Part shown: positions 21,802 to 32,122 of the stretch, in pieces
How positions within the stretch are numbered: position 1 is the first letter of the stretch
Layout of the letters: each line of letters begins with the position of its first letter
Origin: Candidatus Latescibacterota bacterium
GTDB lineage: Bacteria; Latescibacterota; UBA2968
DNA: 64,000 bases
Direction: 5' to 3'
Assembly: GCA_965198115.1 (NCBI GenBank)
Contig: OZ240241.1
Location: 7,168,001-7,232,000, forward strand
Notes under the pieces: model-generated
The model's database searches: none
What the model was told of the DNA's origin: nothing
The model's input: the letters and a program-made list of their open reading frames with translations, nothing else
Position numbers and translations under genes: made by a program

Positions 21802-21977
21802 CTCGGGCGACGGAATCACCTGCGCCGCTTCTGGTGATAGTTGTTTAGAGATCCACTCATTATCGGCGCACACTAGAGACGCCGATATCCAGGAACCGTG
21901 GGAACATCGATTCATTTATTCGAATGAGACCGGTTCTTGATTTCTGGATACGAAAAGGGATACGACGTGGAGGCAGA

Positions 21978-22712
21978 ATGGCAAAGAAGAAGGTGCTGAT
22001 CACGGGGGCCGCGGAGCGGATTGGACGCGTGCTACGTGATGGTCTCAAGGATCGATACGACATTCGCATTCTGTTCAATCGGAGTGTCACGGACACGACG
22101 CCGGATGAGGAGGTCTTTCAAGGGAATGTTACAGAACTCGCAAAGATGGAAGAGGCCGTGGATGGATGCGATGCGGTGATTCATATGGCCGGGAATCCGT
22201 CGACCAAGGCTACGTTCGAAGAGGTGCAGGAGGCGAATAGTCTGGGCACCCACAACATCTACGAAGCGTGTGTCCGCAAAGGCTGTCCACGCGTGATCTT
22301 CGCCAGCACGAATCACGTGACGGGAATGCACGAGAAGGAAAAGAGCGGTCCCATCTACACGACGTCCGAGATGCCCGTCCGTCCGGACAGTTTCTACGGT
22401 GCCAGCAAGGCGCACGGCGAGTCTCTGGGTCGCTACTACGCGGACAATCACGGTCTCGCCGTCATCTGCCTGCGCATCGGATCTTTCCAGCCAATCGAGA
22501 AGGTGAAGAATCGCGATTCCGATCGCATTCTGTCTTCGTGGCTGAGTTACAAGGACACAGTTCAACTCTGCTGGCGAGGGATCGAAGCGGAAGACGTCAC
22601 GTTCGGGATCTACTACGGGATATCGGGCAACACTCGCGCCTACTGGGACATTCAGAACGCACGTGAGGAACTGGGATACGAGCCGATCGACAATGCTGAA
22701 GATTGGGCGTAG
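21978..22712 (+). CDS. NAD-dependent epimerase/dehydratase (uronate dehydrogenase-like)
   Basis: Motifs VLITGAAERIG, IFASTNHVTG, RPDSFYGASK (YxxxK) and CLRIGS. Confidence 0.85.
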   Translation: MAKKKVLITGAAERIGRVLRDGLKDRYDIRILFNRSVTDTTPDEEVFQGNVTELAKMEEAVDGCDAVIHMAGNPSTKATFEEVQEANSLGTHNIYEACVRKGCPRVIFASTNHVTGMHEKEKSGPIYTTSEMPVRPDSFYGASKAHGESLGRYYADNHGLAVICLRIGSFQPIEKVKNRDSDRILSSWLSYKDTVQLCWRGIEAEDVTFGIYYGISGNTRAYWDIQNAREELGYEPIDNAEDWA

Positions 22713-22731
22713 GTAAAATCGAGGGTCATAG

Positions 22732-23367
22732 ATGACTGAAATCATTCCTGGTGTCCTTGACTGGGCGACCTATCACGCGCACATCAAACACGAGGTGCAC
22801 TCAACGCTCGTGTCGGCGACAGACCCGGCCGCCCTGATCGACCCGATGGAGCCGGACGTCGATGAGGCCTGGTTCGAAACACACGGAGAGCCGTCACACA
22901 TCCTGCTGACGAACCGCCTGCACGACCGGGGTTGTGCGTGGTTCGTGGAGCGTTTCGATTGCACGGTCTGGTGTCACGAAGCGGGGCTGCACGAGCAGGA
23001 GATGCAGGATCTGAAGGTAAGGGGATTCGAACACGGCGAGACACTGACGGGCGGAATCGAAGCTCTGCGAGTGGGCGTGTTGTGCCCTGAAGAGACGGCC
23101 TTCCTGATCCCAGTGGGGAAGGGTACGCTGGCTATCGGAGATGCCGTGATCCGCTACGAGGAGACGGCGGACGACAGCCGCGGTATTGGATTCGTCCCTG
23201 ACTTTCTGATGGGTGACGATCCGGAGGGCGTCAAGAAGGGGATGGTGGAAAACCTTCGTGGTCATCTCGATCGGTCGTTCGACACGCTCGTGATGGCTCA
23301 CGGCGCTCCCATTGCCACCGGAGGGAAGTCGGCGCTCAAGGCTTTTTTGGATGGAACTGGCTATTGA
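22732..23367 (+). CDS. Metallo-beta-lactamase-fold hydrolase-like protein
   Basis: Motifs LIDP, ILLTNRLHDR, GDA and MAHG. Confidence 0.7.
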   Translation: MTEIIPGVLDWATYHAHIKHEVHSTLVSATDPAALIDPMEPDVDEAWFETHGEPSHILLTNRLHDRGCAWFVERFDCTVWCHEAGLHEQEMQDLKVRGFEHGETLTGGIEALRVGVLCPEETAFLIPVGKGTLAIGDAVIRYEETADDSRGIGFVPDFLMGDDPEGVKKGMVENLRGHLDRSFDTLVMAHGAPIATGGKSALKAFLDGTGY

Positions 23368-23519
23368 TGATGCGGTGATTGCCTGGTTCTTGATGTTCAG
23401 CACACAATGAGAGATTTGAGTTTGGCCACGATGCTAAACGCAAGGATACCGACTTCCCGAGTGCCTCTCGGGGGTGCCGAGAGGTGTAACGAGGGACGGT
23501 GCTTACCGACCCCCTTGTC

Positions 23520-24545
23520 TCAATACTCCACGCGCATAGCCAATCCCTCATCCACCAGCATCTGATTCAAGAACCGGCCGCGATCGAGAATGCCCTGATC
23601 GCGGTCGTCTTCGTTGGGGACGAAGACGTCGACGAGGTAGCGATCGTAAGCATCCGGTTTCGTGGAGGTGATGCCGATCCAATCGTGGCCGTCCAGGATC
23701 TTCTCGACGAAGGTTTTCGACCGTTCACCGCCGGGGGAACCCATCTCTGGTGTATCGATGCCACGCAGACGGACCCGTTGACGGACAATCGTACGAATCG
23801 CCGTTCGGATCTGGAGAAGCAATGTGTCACCATCGATCACGCGCTCGACACGGGCGAGGTAGCTGTAGTGGACGGCTCTCTGGCTTCGTGTAGAATGAGC
23901 ATCATAACTCCTGCGCCCGCGTTGTTCGAGACGCGCACAACCCTTCGATACGCGTTCGATGCCGAGTTCATCGGGTGGATGGTAGACCGTGAAGCCTAAG
24001 TCGAGAACGCGTCCTCCCGGTGACGCCAGATCGACGACTTTGACAGTGTCGATAAGACCGCGGAGCGGGTCGAGCGGTGGGAGAGCCGGCTCGGCTGAAG
24101 GCTTTTCGGGACCGTCGCTCCGCGACGGAAGGCGTTCTCGGACCTGTTGTTCGAGCTCCCGTGTGGGCCAATGGTTTTCGGCAGCTTCGTTTTCGAGCAG
24201 GTTGCGATCGGTTTCGGACGGGATTCGAAGCAGGATGCGATAGTGCGTCCAACCCAATTCCGCACGCGCGTGCAGAATTGGATGCCAACGATACAGACCG
24301 AGCCCATCGCGCAGGAGACGCTCGGCGATTTCAAGGTCTTCGGCCAGCCGTTGGAAGAGTTTCTCGCCGTATTCGGGATTACCTCGCTCTCTAGCCAGAT
24401 GCCCCTCGATCAGACGTCCGACCTCGTGGTAGGTAGCTAATCGCTCCCGCTCGACGGCCCGCTCGGCGCGCATCCTGCCCTCGACAAGCTTATCGCGGAT
24501 GGTCCGAAGGAGTTGGTTGTAGGAGGCGGGCTGGAGACCTGGCAT
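23520..24545 (-). CDS. DUF1016/YhcG N-terminal domain fused to a thermonuclease (SNase) domain
   Basis: N-terminal TYHEVGRLI...YGEKLFQRLAEDL...LGWTHYRILL...WPTRELEQQV. C-terminal ERVIDGDTL...VRLRGIDTPE...DAYDRYL...LNQMLVDEGLA. Confidence 0.85.
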   Translation of the reverse strand: MPGLQPASYNQLLRTIRDKLVEGRMRAERAVERERLATYHEVGRLIEGHLARERGNPEYGEKLFQRLAEDLEIAERLLRDGLGLYRWHPILHARAELGWTHYRILLRIPSETDRNLLENEAAENHWPTRELEQQVRERLPSRSDGPEKPSAEPALPPLDPLRGLIDTVKVVDLASPGGRVLDLGFTVYHPPDELGIERVSKGCARLEQRGRRSYDAHSTRSQRAVHYSYLARVERVIDGDTLLLQIRTAIRTIVRQRVRLRGIDTPEMGSPGGERSKTFVEKILDGHDWIGITSTKPDAYDRYLVDVFVPNEDDRDQGILDRGRFLNQMLVDEGLAMRVEY

Positions 24546-24626
24546 CGACGAGTCCTTGGTGTGCGGCGGCGGTAAGGAATGTGATAGAGACGACGGGTTA
24601 GTGCGCGCGTTCGTTTGAATGGTTTT

Positions 24627-25508
24627 CTAACGTGATGCCTCAACCGTCACCAGCCGACAAGCGCCCTGAAATCCCGGAGCGGTGACGTATTGGCTCACCC
24701 GATCGTTGATCGTATCCACACGTTCTTCGTGAATGTGTCCGCAGAGGGTTGCGACGAGCGAGGGCGCCTCGATGACCCGCCTGACGAATGTTTCTGTGGA
24801 CAGGAGGTTGCCCCCCTTCGGCCAGCGGTCGCGACGTTCAGTCTCGAAGTTTGTGTCGGCGTCCCAACCCCATCGAGGGTCTCCACATACAGGTTTTTCG
24901 CGCTCACGCAGGTCGCCTACGCTCAGAGGAATGTGAGCCAGCAGGAGGACGGGCGTGTCGTCGGCGGTCTGGTCGTCGAAGAAAGCGAGCTGATCATCGT
25001 CGACCTGGAAGGTCGAGTTGTCGATCGCGACGATCCTGAGGCCCTTGATGTCGATGGATGACGTGTGTGGGTTTCGGCCTGCGTAAAGCGGTATTAGCGG
25101 CCTCCGCCATTGCTCGCGAAGAACAGGACCGTGGTCGGGAAGCCCTTCGTAGTGCCAGTCGTGGTTGCCTGCGGTGTAGATCCACGGCTTTCCTGTCGCC
25201 TCGAGACGTTCTACGAGAACGGCCACTGCTTTCTCGGACGGATAATTGACCTGATCACCGCCGAGGAGGATGAGATCGACATCCTCGTCGACAGCGACTG
25301 CGAGCTGATGCTCGAAGGATGTCAGCGTGTTGCGATCTTTGAAGGCGTTGTACATCCGAGATGCGTTTTCTGCGTAGTCGCCTTCGTCCACATCGATGCT
25401 GATGTGCGAATCCGTGATGTGAAGGATACGGACCGGGTGGTGGATTCTCGGGTCGGTTATCGCGGTCCGGGTGATGTCTGTCATTGGTGGATGTTGGGCG
25501 AATTCCAT
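24627..25508 (-). CDS. Calcineurin-like metallophosphoesterase
   Basis: Motifs ITDSH, GGD, AGNHDW, HIP and CGHIH. Confidence 0.88.
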   Translation of the reverse strand: MEFAQHPPMTDITRTAITDPRIHHPVRILHITDSHISIDVDEGDYAENASRMYNAFKDRNTLTSFEHQLAVAVDEDVDLILLGGDQVNYPSEKAVAVLVERLEATGKPWIYTAGNHDWHYEGLPDHGPVLREQWRRPLIPLYAGRNPHTSSIDIKGLRIVAIDNSTFQVDDDQLAFFDDQTADDTPVLLLAHIPLSVGDLREREKPVCGDPRWGWDADTNFETERRDRWPKGGNLLSTETFVRRVIEAPSLVATLCGHIHEERVDTINDRVSQYVTAPGFQGACRLVTVEASR

Positions 25509-25642
25509 TCGTCCAAGGGCATTACGTCAATGTCATAGCCTCTGTGAGCGATCCAAGGATTCGGTCAGCCTGACTGTGGTCTTGCCCCTCGGTACACCCT
25601 CCTTGGCTCCGCTTCGGAGGGGACTCGGGATGAGCGGATGGG

Positions 25643-26305
25643 TCAAGTGAGCTCGATGGCTTCCAGTAACGAGTCTAAAATGCGGTCCGCCTGTGAATGG
25701 TCTTGATGTTCGGTGAAGAAGTGGGGCACGGCGAACACGGTCATCCCCGCTGACTTGCCTGCGATGACGCCAGCCTGGCTGTCTTCCAACACGAGACACC
25801 CTGCAGGTTCGACGTCGAGCTGGTTCGCTGCGAGAAGATAAATATCTGGAGCGGGTTTGCTGTGGACGATGTCGCTGCCGGAGAGGATCGCAGCGAAGAT
25901 CTCATCCAGAGTGTCGGCATCGAGGTGTGGCAGAAGTCCGTTGCGAAGCGTTTTCATCATCCGTGGACGCTTCGTCGAGGAGGCAATGCCGAGGGGATAT
26001 TTTTCGCGTACGTGGTTTATCAACTCGACGATGCCGGGCATCAGGGCGATCTGATCGGGGTCGGATATGGCCGTCTCAAATCGGTCCATCCAGGCATCAC
26101 AGAATGCGTCGACCGTCGTGTCGAGACGAAATTGTTTGACTGCACTGGCCGCATTCGTCTCGAGCGGAATGCCGACGCAGGAGGTGTACTCGTCTTGCCG
26201 AATCGATTCGCCGTAGTCGCCCAGCGTTTCGATGTAGGTCCGCGAGTAGAGCTCCTCCGTGTCGACGATCAATCCGTCGACGTCGAAGATAATGGCTGAG
26301 AACAT
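25643..26305 (-). CDS. HAD-superfamily phosphatase
   Basis: Motifs FDVDGLIVDTE, KPAPDIY and LEDSQAGV. Confidence 0.9.
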   Translation of the reverse strand: MFSAIIFDVDGLIVDTEELYSRTYIETLGDYGESIRQDEYTSCVGIPLETNAASAVKQFRLDTTVDAFCDAWMDRFETAISDPDQIALMPGIVELINHVREKYPLGIASSTKRPRMMKTLRNGLLPHLDADTLDEIFAAILSGSDIVHSKPAPDIYLLAANQLDVEPAGCLVLEDSQAGVIAGKSAGMTVFAVPHFFTEHQDHSQADRILDSLLEAIELT

Positions 26306-26376
26306 TTGATCGGGGTCCACGTCAACTGGATGCCGGAGTTCAAAGGGCAACAATGACACCGCATCGAGGCTTTGTC

Positions 26377-26416
26377 AAAGAAAAGGCGGCCATTCTCGTG
26401 TGCGAATGACCGCCTC
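26377..26416 (-). terminator. Intrinsic terminator downstream of the PKD protein gene
   Basis: Minus strand AGGCGGTCATTC-loop-GAATGGCCGCCT followed by TTTCTTT. Confidence 0.65.
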
Positions 26417-26482
26417 TTGCCACCGTCCGTAGCAAGCCTTTCTGATGGAGGGTGTCTGACTTCTGACCTCTGTCCTCTGATC

Positions 26483-29400
26483 CTACTTAGCCAACACCAT
26501 CTTCCCCACCAGCTGCTCTCTGCCGGCCACCAGTCGATACAGATAAACGCCGCTGGACACCGGTCTCCCCAGTGCATCGCGACCGTCCCATCGGACGGAG
26601 TAGCGCCCCACACTCTTGACCTCGTCCACCAGACGACGCACTTCCTGTCCCAAGGCACTGTAAATCACCAACCGCACGTGCGATTCATCCGGCAATGAGT
26701 AGTTGATCGTCGTTACCGGGTTGAACGGATTCGGATGATTCGAGAGGGAGACCGTGCTAATCTCCGGCTCCGCCTCCAGACCGAAGTACGCCAAGGTCGG
26801 CTTGAGAACGCCACCACCGGTGCCGCCCGAACCGCCCGACTCATCGCTCGCCCCGAATCCACTCAGATGGTGCACCTTGGTTTTCTTACCGACGACGATG
26901 TCCTTTCCGATGAAGGCTCCCGTGTTCGTCGATTTTTGACGCAGATGAATTGTGCCGTTTGGCGCGTAGATGTTCGCATCGCAAACCGCCTTCTGACCCA
27001 CCTTAACGGCTTTGGGACTCGCCTTCAGACTCCCTGGCGACCCTCCACCGTCATCACCGTCGTCGTCATCACCGTCGTCGTCATCACCGTCGTCATCATC
27101 GCCGTCATCGTCCCCGCTGCCACCGGCTTTTCCGTTGACACCTTCCACGTAGACCAGAATGTCAGACGCGTCGATGCCCGATCCCGGCAAAGGACCGAAC
27201 GTCGTTTTCTGATCGATCGCCAGTTTGTCCGCGATCAACAGTGTCGTCGCAGCGGAGAATTCGATCGTGGCATTCTGGCCGATGTCCAGGTTCGCGATGT
27301 GATACTCGCCCCCTGCGAACGTCAACGTCCCCTTCTGTCTGACCCGAATCTCGTTGAATGGCCCATCCGTCGGGCTCAACGTGGCAGATTCGTTCTTCTT
27401 CACTTCCACGTCCACGACGCCGGGCGTGCGGCTTACGAACGCAGGCAGCCCCTGCCCGTCGCTGAACAGCGACCAATTAGCCGCCGCCACCTGTTCCTCG
27501 TTCGCGATCGTCGCGTTCTGCCCGACGTGTACGAGCTCGCTGTAGACCAGCGTCCCAAGAATATCGGCCCTCTGCTTCACGCGAACACGTGGGCCGTTGA
27601 CGCGCACGTTCACCGCTGTCTCCACCCTCTGGCCGACCACGAGTTCCACGCCGTCGGCCTGGAACGGTGGATCCCCGAAGTCTACGACGCCCACGTCCCC
27701 GCTGTGCACCGTCGCCTTCTGCTTGATGTGCATGCTGTGCGTGGCGATCAACGAATAGCGTGTCGCACTCTGCACGACCAAAACCACGACTTCGTCCGTC
27801 GCCGTGCCGCCGTTGCCGTCGTCCACCGTCAGCGTGATCGTGTGCGTACCCAGGGGCAGCGTCACAGTAGGACCTTCACCCGTCGCCGATCCGCCGCCTT
27901 CGGGGAACGCCCCCGTCCAGGTGAATGCCAGATCGTCGTCGTCCGGATCCGACGAGCCGGAGCCGTCCAGCGTGACCGAGGTCGGCCCGCCTGCCCACTC
28001 CACGCTCTGGTCCTCGCCGGCATCCGCCACCGGAGGCGCGTTGGTGGCTGGCAGCGGGCACGTGGAGAAATCATCGATCAGCGTTTGCCCGCTGATACCG
28101 GAGAATCTCACCCGTACGATCACGGGCGAGCCGGCGTCGACACCGATTGGATCCCACACCTGCAACGGGAGGCCTCCTGGAGGAGGCGGCAGAATGGCGT
28201 TCCCGGGTCCCGACGCGGAGGCGACCAGATTGCCTCCACTATCGAATGCCTCGAGCGTCACGGCAGGTATCGACGCGTAGGACATGCTTACGGTCGGAAC
28301 CGCATTGTCGAACGTCACTTCCCCGAAATCATGACCGCTGAAAAAGGCCACGACGCTGCCCGACGGGTTGTTCGAGAAGGGCCCGGAGGTCAGAGTACGC
28401 CATTCGCTTGAGAATCGGATATCTGTCCCGGGAACGGTCGTCCCTGGATAGTATTGCGCGCCCTGGATGCCGTCTTCGAAGTCGACCACTAGACATCCGT
28501 CAACCGTGATCTCCACTTCGGCGACGTCGCTGCAGCCCGAAATATCCGTAACTACGAGTAGAATCGTGTGCGTCCCCAACAGCAGCGTGACCGTCGGGCT
28601 CACACCGGTGATTGTTCCTCCGCCCTCAGGGAACGGGCCACTCCACATATAGGTAAGGCTTCCCCCGTCGGGGTCGGACGATCCGGAGCCGTCCAGCGTG
28701 ACCTGCGTGGAAGGGTCACCAGGGACCGCCTCGACGGTTTGGGAAGACCCGGCGTTCGCAATCGGCTGCGCGCTGGGAAGAGGGCCGATGCAAACGGTGA
28801 AATCATCGATAATCGTACTCAGGGGAAAACCTACCACTTCCACGCGAGCGATGCCGGGCGCACAGATCGACAAGAGGTCCCAATTGCTGAACTGGGGTGT
28901 GGATGGATTCGTATTTGTCGCACCGGTATCCAGACCTACAAGATCGCCGTTCCCGTCGTAGGCTCGAAGTGAAACGCCCACGAACGACGTGTAGCGGAGA
29001 CTGACCGATGAGACGACTTCGTCGAACGTCACTTCGGCAGGTACACCCTGCGGACCATTCATAAACAGGTAGGTGGTGCCGGACGGCAGGTTGGCTACAT
29101 TACTCAGCTCTTCCGATGTCTGCCAGCCAGAGCCTGGGGTGAAGTTGACGACGGAGCCGTCGACCGATCCTCCGCTACCCGGGGCGACCGGACCTTCGCC
29201 GCCCCCCTCGAACGTCAGGAGCTGACATTCTCGAGGCCCATCCTGCGTGATGATTACCTCATAACTCGAAGGCATCACGGAGATGGCGACTTGATCTCCA
29301 GCGCTACATCCGGTGTCTTCCTCGACCACGAGGCTGATCGAGTGCACACCCACCGGGAGCGTAACAGTCGGGTTCTGCCCGGTCACCGTGCCGCCGCCTT

Positions 29401-30070
29401 CCGAGAAGGGCCCGAACCACGTGTAGGTCAGTCCGCTGCCCGTTGAACCGGAGCCGTCCAGCGTCACCTGGATGGGGTTCCCACCGGAGGCGACCACCGT
29501 CTGAGCCGGTCCGGCCTCGGCGACGGGCGAACTGTCGGGTGGCCCGATACAGACCTTGAAATCGTCAATCATCGTGAATTCGGCGTCGCCGGTAAGGCGA
29601 ACGCTGCTGATGCCTATAGCGCACACCGCCAGAGGGTCCCAATTTCTGAAGAAAGGGTTGGAAGAAGCCAGGTTGCTCGGCCCGGAGTCGAAAGCGATGA
29701 GGTTACCGCTTACATCGAAGGCTTCGAGCCTGACGTCCGGGAATGAAGAGTAGAACAGCGTGACCGATGAGACCGGTTCGGTAAAGTTCACTACGCCGGA
29801 GGTGCCGGTCGCCCAGAAGGCGACTGTGGTCCCGGAGGGATTGTTTGCGAAGCTGCCGCTCGTGATCGTGAGCCAGCCGCTGTTCGTATCGAAATCCATC
29901 ACGGTTCCAGCGATCGTGAGTAACTGATTCCCGTGGCCTCCAGCTTCGAGTGTCGTTAGCTGGCACTCCCGAGGACCGTCCTGAGTGATGATCACTTCGT
30001 GCTGCGCCTCGACCCCGGATGTAAGCAGGAGTCCTGCCGCGACACACAAACTGCTGACCATTCGCCGCAT
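26483..30070 (-). CDS. Secreted multidomain protein: three beta-sandwich/PKD repeats, beta-helix-like region with poly-Asp insert, C-terminal FlgD-Ig/T9SS-type sorting domain
   Basis: Signal peptide, three VTLDGSGS PKD motifs, and C-terminal NHPNPFNPVTTI...WDGRD...SSGVYLYRL. Confidence 0.85.
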   Translation of the reverse strand: MRRMVSSLCVAAGLLLTSGVEAQHEVIITQDGPRECQLTTLEAGGHGNQLLTIAGTVMDFDTNSGWLTITSGSFANNPSGTTVAFWATGTSGVVNFTEPVSSVTLFYSSFPDVRLEAFDVSGNLIAFDSGPSNLASSNPFFRNWDPLAVCAIGISSVRLTGDAEFTMIDDFKVCIGPPDSSPVAEAGPAQTVVASGGNPIQVTLDGSGSTGSGLTYTWFGPFSEGGGTVTGQNPTVTLPVGVHSISLVVEEDTGCSAGDQVAISVMPSSYEVIITQDGPRECQLLTFEGGGEGPVAPGSGGSVDGSVVNFTPGSGWQTSEELSNVANLPSGTTYLFMNGPQGVPAEVTFDEVVSSVSLRYTSFVGVSLRAYDGNGDLVGLDTGATNTNPSTPQFSNWDLLSICAPGIARVEVVGFPLSTIIDDFTVCIGPLPSAQPIANAGSSQTVEAVPGDPSTQVTLDGSGSSDPDGGSLTYMWSGPFPEGGGTITGVSPTVTLLLGTHTILLVVTDISGCSDVAEVEITVDGCLVVDFEDGIQGAQYYPGTTVPGTDIRFSSEWRTLTSGPFSNNPSGSVVAFFSGHDFGEVTFDNAVPTVSMSYASIPAVTLEAFDSGGNLVASASGPGNAILPPPPGGLPLQVWDPIGVDAGSPVIVRVRFSGISGQTLIDDFSTCPLPATNAPPVADAGEDQSVEWAGGPTSVTLDGSGSSDPDDDDLAFTWTGAFPEGGGSATGEGPTVTLPLGTHTITLTVDDGNGGTATDEVVVLVVQSATRYSLIATHSMHIKQKATVHSGDVGVVDFGDPPFQADGVELVVGQRVETAVNVRVNGPRVRVKQRADILGTLVYSELVHVGQNATIANEEQVAAANWSLFSDGQGLPAFVSRTPGVVDVEVKKNESATLSPTDGPFNEIRVRQKGTLTFAGGEYHIANLDIGQNATIEFSAATTLLIADKLAIDQKTTFGPLPGSGIDASDILVYVEGVNGKAGGSGDDDGDDDDGDDDDGDDDDGDDGGGSPGSLKASPKAVKVGQKAVCDANIYAPNGTIHLRQKSTNTGAFIGKDIVVGKKTKVHHLSGFGASDESGGSGGTGGGVLKPTLAYFGLEAEPEISTVSLSNHPNPFNPVTTINYSLPDESHVRLVIYSALGQEVRRLVDEVKSVGRYSVRWDGRDALGRPVSSGVYLYRLVAGREQLVGKMVLAK
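27047..27113. repeat. In-frame 15-bp/3-bp tandem repeat encoding (GDDDD)n
   Basis: ACCGTCGTCGTCATC units within the PKD gene. Confidence 0.8.
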
Positions 30071-30099
30071 CTTTACCGTAGACGTCGAGATGTGCTGCT

Positions 30100-31474
30100 G
30101 AGCTCAGGTCAATAGGTGTGTAAAAGAAATCAGGCGGCCATCTTCCCGGTTTCGACCTGCGGTCCGGTTGAGTGTTTCTGATCGTAGACTTGTTGTAGCA
30201 AGTGTGGCGCGGTGAGTTTCCTGAATCGGCTCTCTGCGACCTTGAGCGTACGCCAGATGAGAGCCGTGGCGTTCCTGACTTTCTTGAATCGCCTGGCGGC
30301 GTTTGTGCGAAGCCGAACGGAAGCAAAGGGGCTCTCGACGACGTTCGTGGTTCTCAGGTGTTTCCAGTGTTCCTTCGGGAAGTCGTAGAACGTGACCATC
30401 CGATCCCAGTCTCTTTCGAGCGTCTCCACGGCGGCAGGGAACTGTGAGCGATACCGTGCGGCAAAGCGTTTCCGGAGCTTCTCGGCCTCCTTTTTCGTGC
30501 CGGCATAGGGGATCTGGACGAGCAGTGCGCGGGCTTCAGCCTGTGCACGCTTGGCGACCTTGTCGAGCACGTTGAGGATCTTGTGGTTCCAGCACCGTTG
30601 TTGCCGGCTCTCTGGCCAGACCTGATCAACGGCCGCCCAGATGCCCATATTCCCGTCCGCGGCGATCAGGACAGGATGTTCGAGCCCGCGATCCCGGAGA
30701 TCCCGGAGCACCGTGAGCCAGGATTCTGTAGACTCTCGATAACCGGGTTCTATCGCCAGGATCTCCTTGCTGCCGTCGCTCATCGCGCCGATCACGACCA
30801 GCAGACACGCCTTCTCGCGCTCGAGCCCGGCTTTGACGTAGATGCCATCAGCCCAGGCGTAGACCAGTTCGCGATTATCCAGACGCCTTTCTTTCCAGTC
30901 CTGGAAGTCGACCTCCCACTTCCCTCGAAGACGAGCGATCGAGGTCGGCGAAAGCGGCGCGCCATCACCGAGCAGCGCACGCAAAGACAACTCGAAGTCG
31001 CCCTGGGAGAGACCGTGGAGATAAAGGTCGGGAAGCAGATCTCCAATGGCCCTGGTTCTCCGGGCGAACAGGGGGAGGATGCGGCTTTCAAACCGCTCTT
31101 CCAGACCACGAACCCGGGGACGCCGGACCTTGATCGTTCCGCAGCTCGTCGAGAGACGCCGGGGCTTGCCGTAGCCGTTCCTGTAGCCCGTGGAGCTATC
31201 GACCTCGGCTCGGCGCTCATACCACGACCGGCCCAAGAACGCGGTCGCCTCCTCCTCCAGAATGGACTGGAACCGGCCCTGGATCTCTTCACGGATCCAA
31301 TCGTCAACCGTCTCCCACGTCGGCATGGACTTCAATGGGGCTCTATGCGTATGTTCCTTCACGGCGATCCTCCTTCCCAACCGGGCCTCTCACCCGGTTT
31401 TGTGTGAATCAACTATCTCACGGGAAGGGTAGGGTCGCCCTTTCCTCTTTTTCCACACCTTTTGATTATAGCTC
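30100..31474 (-). mobile_element. IS256-family insertion sequence
   Basis: Imperfect terminal IRs GAGCTCAGGTCAATAGGTGTGTAAAA and GAGCTATAATCAAAAGGTGTGGAAAA (rc). No matching target duplication. Confidence 0.85.
30130..31380 (-). CDS. IS256-family transposase
   Basis: Motifs GYRNGY, YAWADGIY, QRCWNHK and LRTTNVVES. Confidence 0.93.
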   Translation of the reverse strand: MGRRIAVKEHTHRAPLKSMPTWETVDDWIREEIQGRFQSILEEEATAFLGRSWYERRAEVDSSTGYRNGYGKPRRLSTSCGTIKVRRPRVRGLEERFESRILPLFARRTRAIGDLLPDLYLHGLSQGDFELSLRALLGDGAPLSPTSIARLRGKWEVDFQDWKERRLDNRELVYAWADGIYVKAGLEREKACLLVVIGAMSDGSKEILAIEPGYRESTESWLTVLRDLRDRGLEHPVLIAADGNMGIWAAVDQVWPESRQQRCWNHKILNVLDKVAKRAQAEARALLVQIPYAGTKKEAEKLRKRFAARYRSQFPAAVETLERDWDRMVTFYDFPKEHWKHLRTTNVVESPFASVRLRTNAARRFKKVRNATALIWRTLKVAESRFRKLTAPHLLQQVYDQKHSTGPQVETGKMAA

Positions 31475-31950
31475 CCGGAGATGACTACGATCAGCTGATG
31501 ACGGATGTGGATACAGCGGCGGAGATCGGGTCTCCACTTTTCCGGATCTTCAGTGGGCCGGTGCCGGAGGATGATAACGACCCGGCGTGGGGTAAGGCGA
31601 AGGCCGTGATCGATCGTGCCGAGGAAAACGGCATTGTGATCGCGCTCGAGAACTACGCGAATTCACCGGGTGGGACGCTGGCGGAGATCAGGACGGTGCT
31701 CGACCATTTCGACGTGCCGGCTCTCAAGACGAACATCGATACGGGGAATTATGCGGGATGGGATCAGGATGTCGTCGAGGCCATCGACGCGATTGGACTT
31801 CGAGCCGCATACGTGCACGTGAAAGACCCGGGAGGCGCCGGCACCAGCGTGCCGGGTGAGAGGGCGATCAGCCGATGAAGGATATCTTTGCAGCGCTGGA
31901 TGCGTTGCTTCAGAAGATCATTTACTGTTTCGAGTTTCCTGGCGGGGACG
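31475..31950 (+). pseudogene. Sugar-phosphate isomerase/epimerase (xylose isomerase-like TIM barrel), 5'-truncated by IS256, frameshift near 31860
   Basis: Motifs IALEN, NIDTGN and YVHVKD; the homologous region starts exactly at the IS end. The 3' end is approximate. Confidence 0.7.
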
Positions 31951-32122
31951 ATCCGGACGATCGGATTCGGCGTGGGCTGGCGTGGGCTGGCGTGGATGGG
32001 TTCGCGGTAAGTCCTTGCAAGTGGGGAGAACAAGAGGCAAAGTCGTAATCGGAATGGTAGTGGATTGGATCTAATTATATTGTGTTGCTTCACGATGACC
32101 TGAATCGAAAGTATCTCACCGG

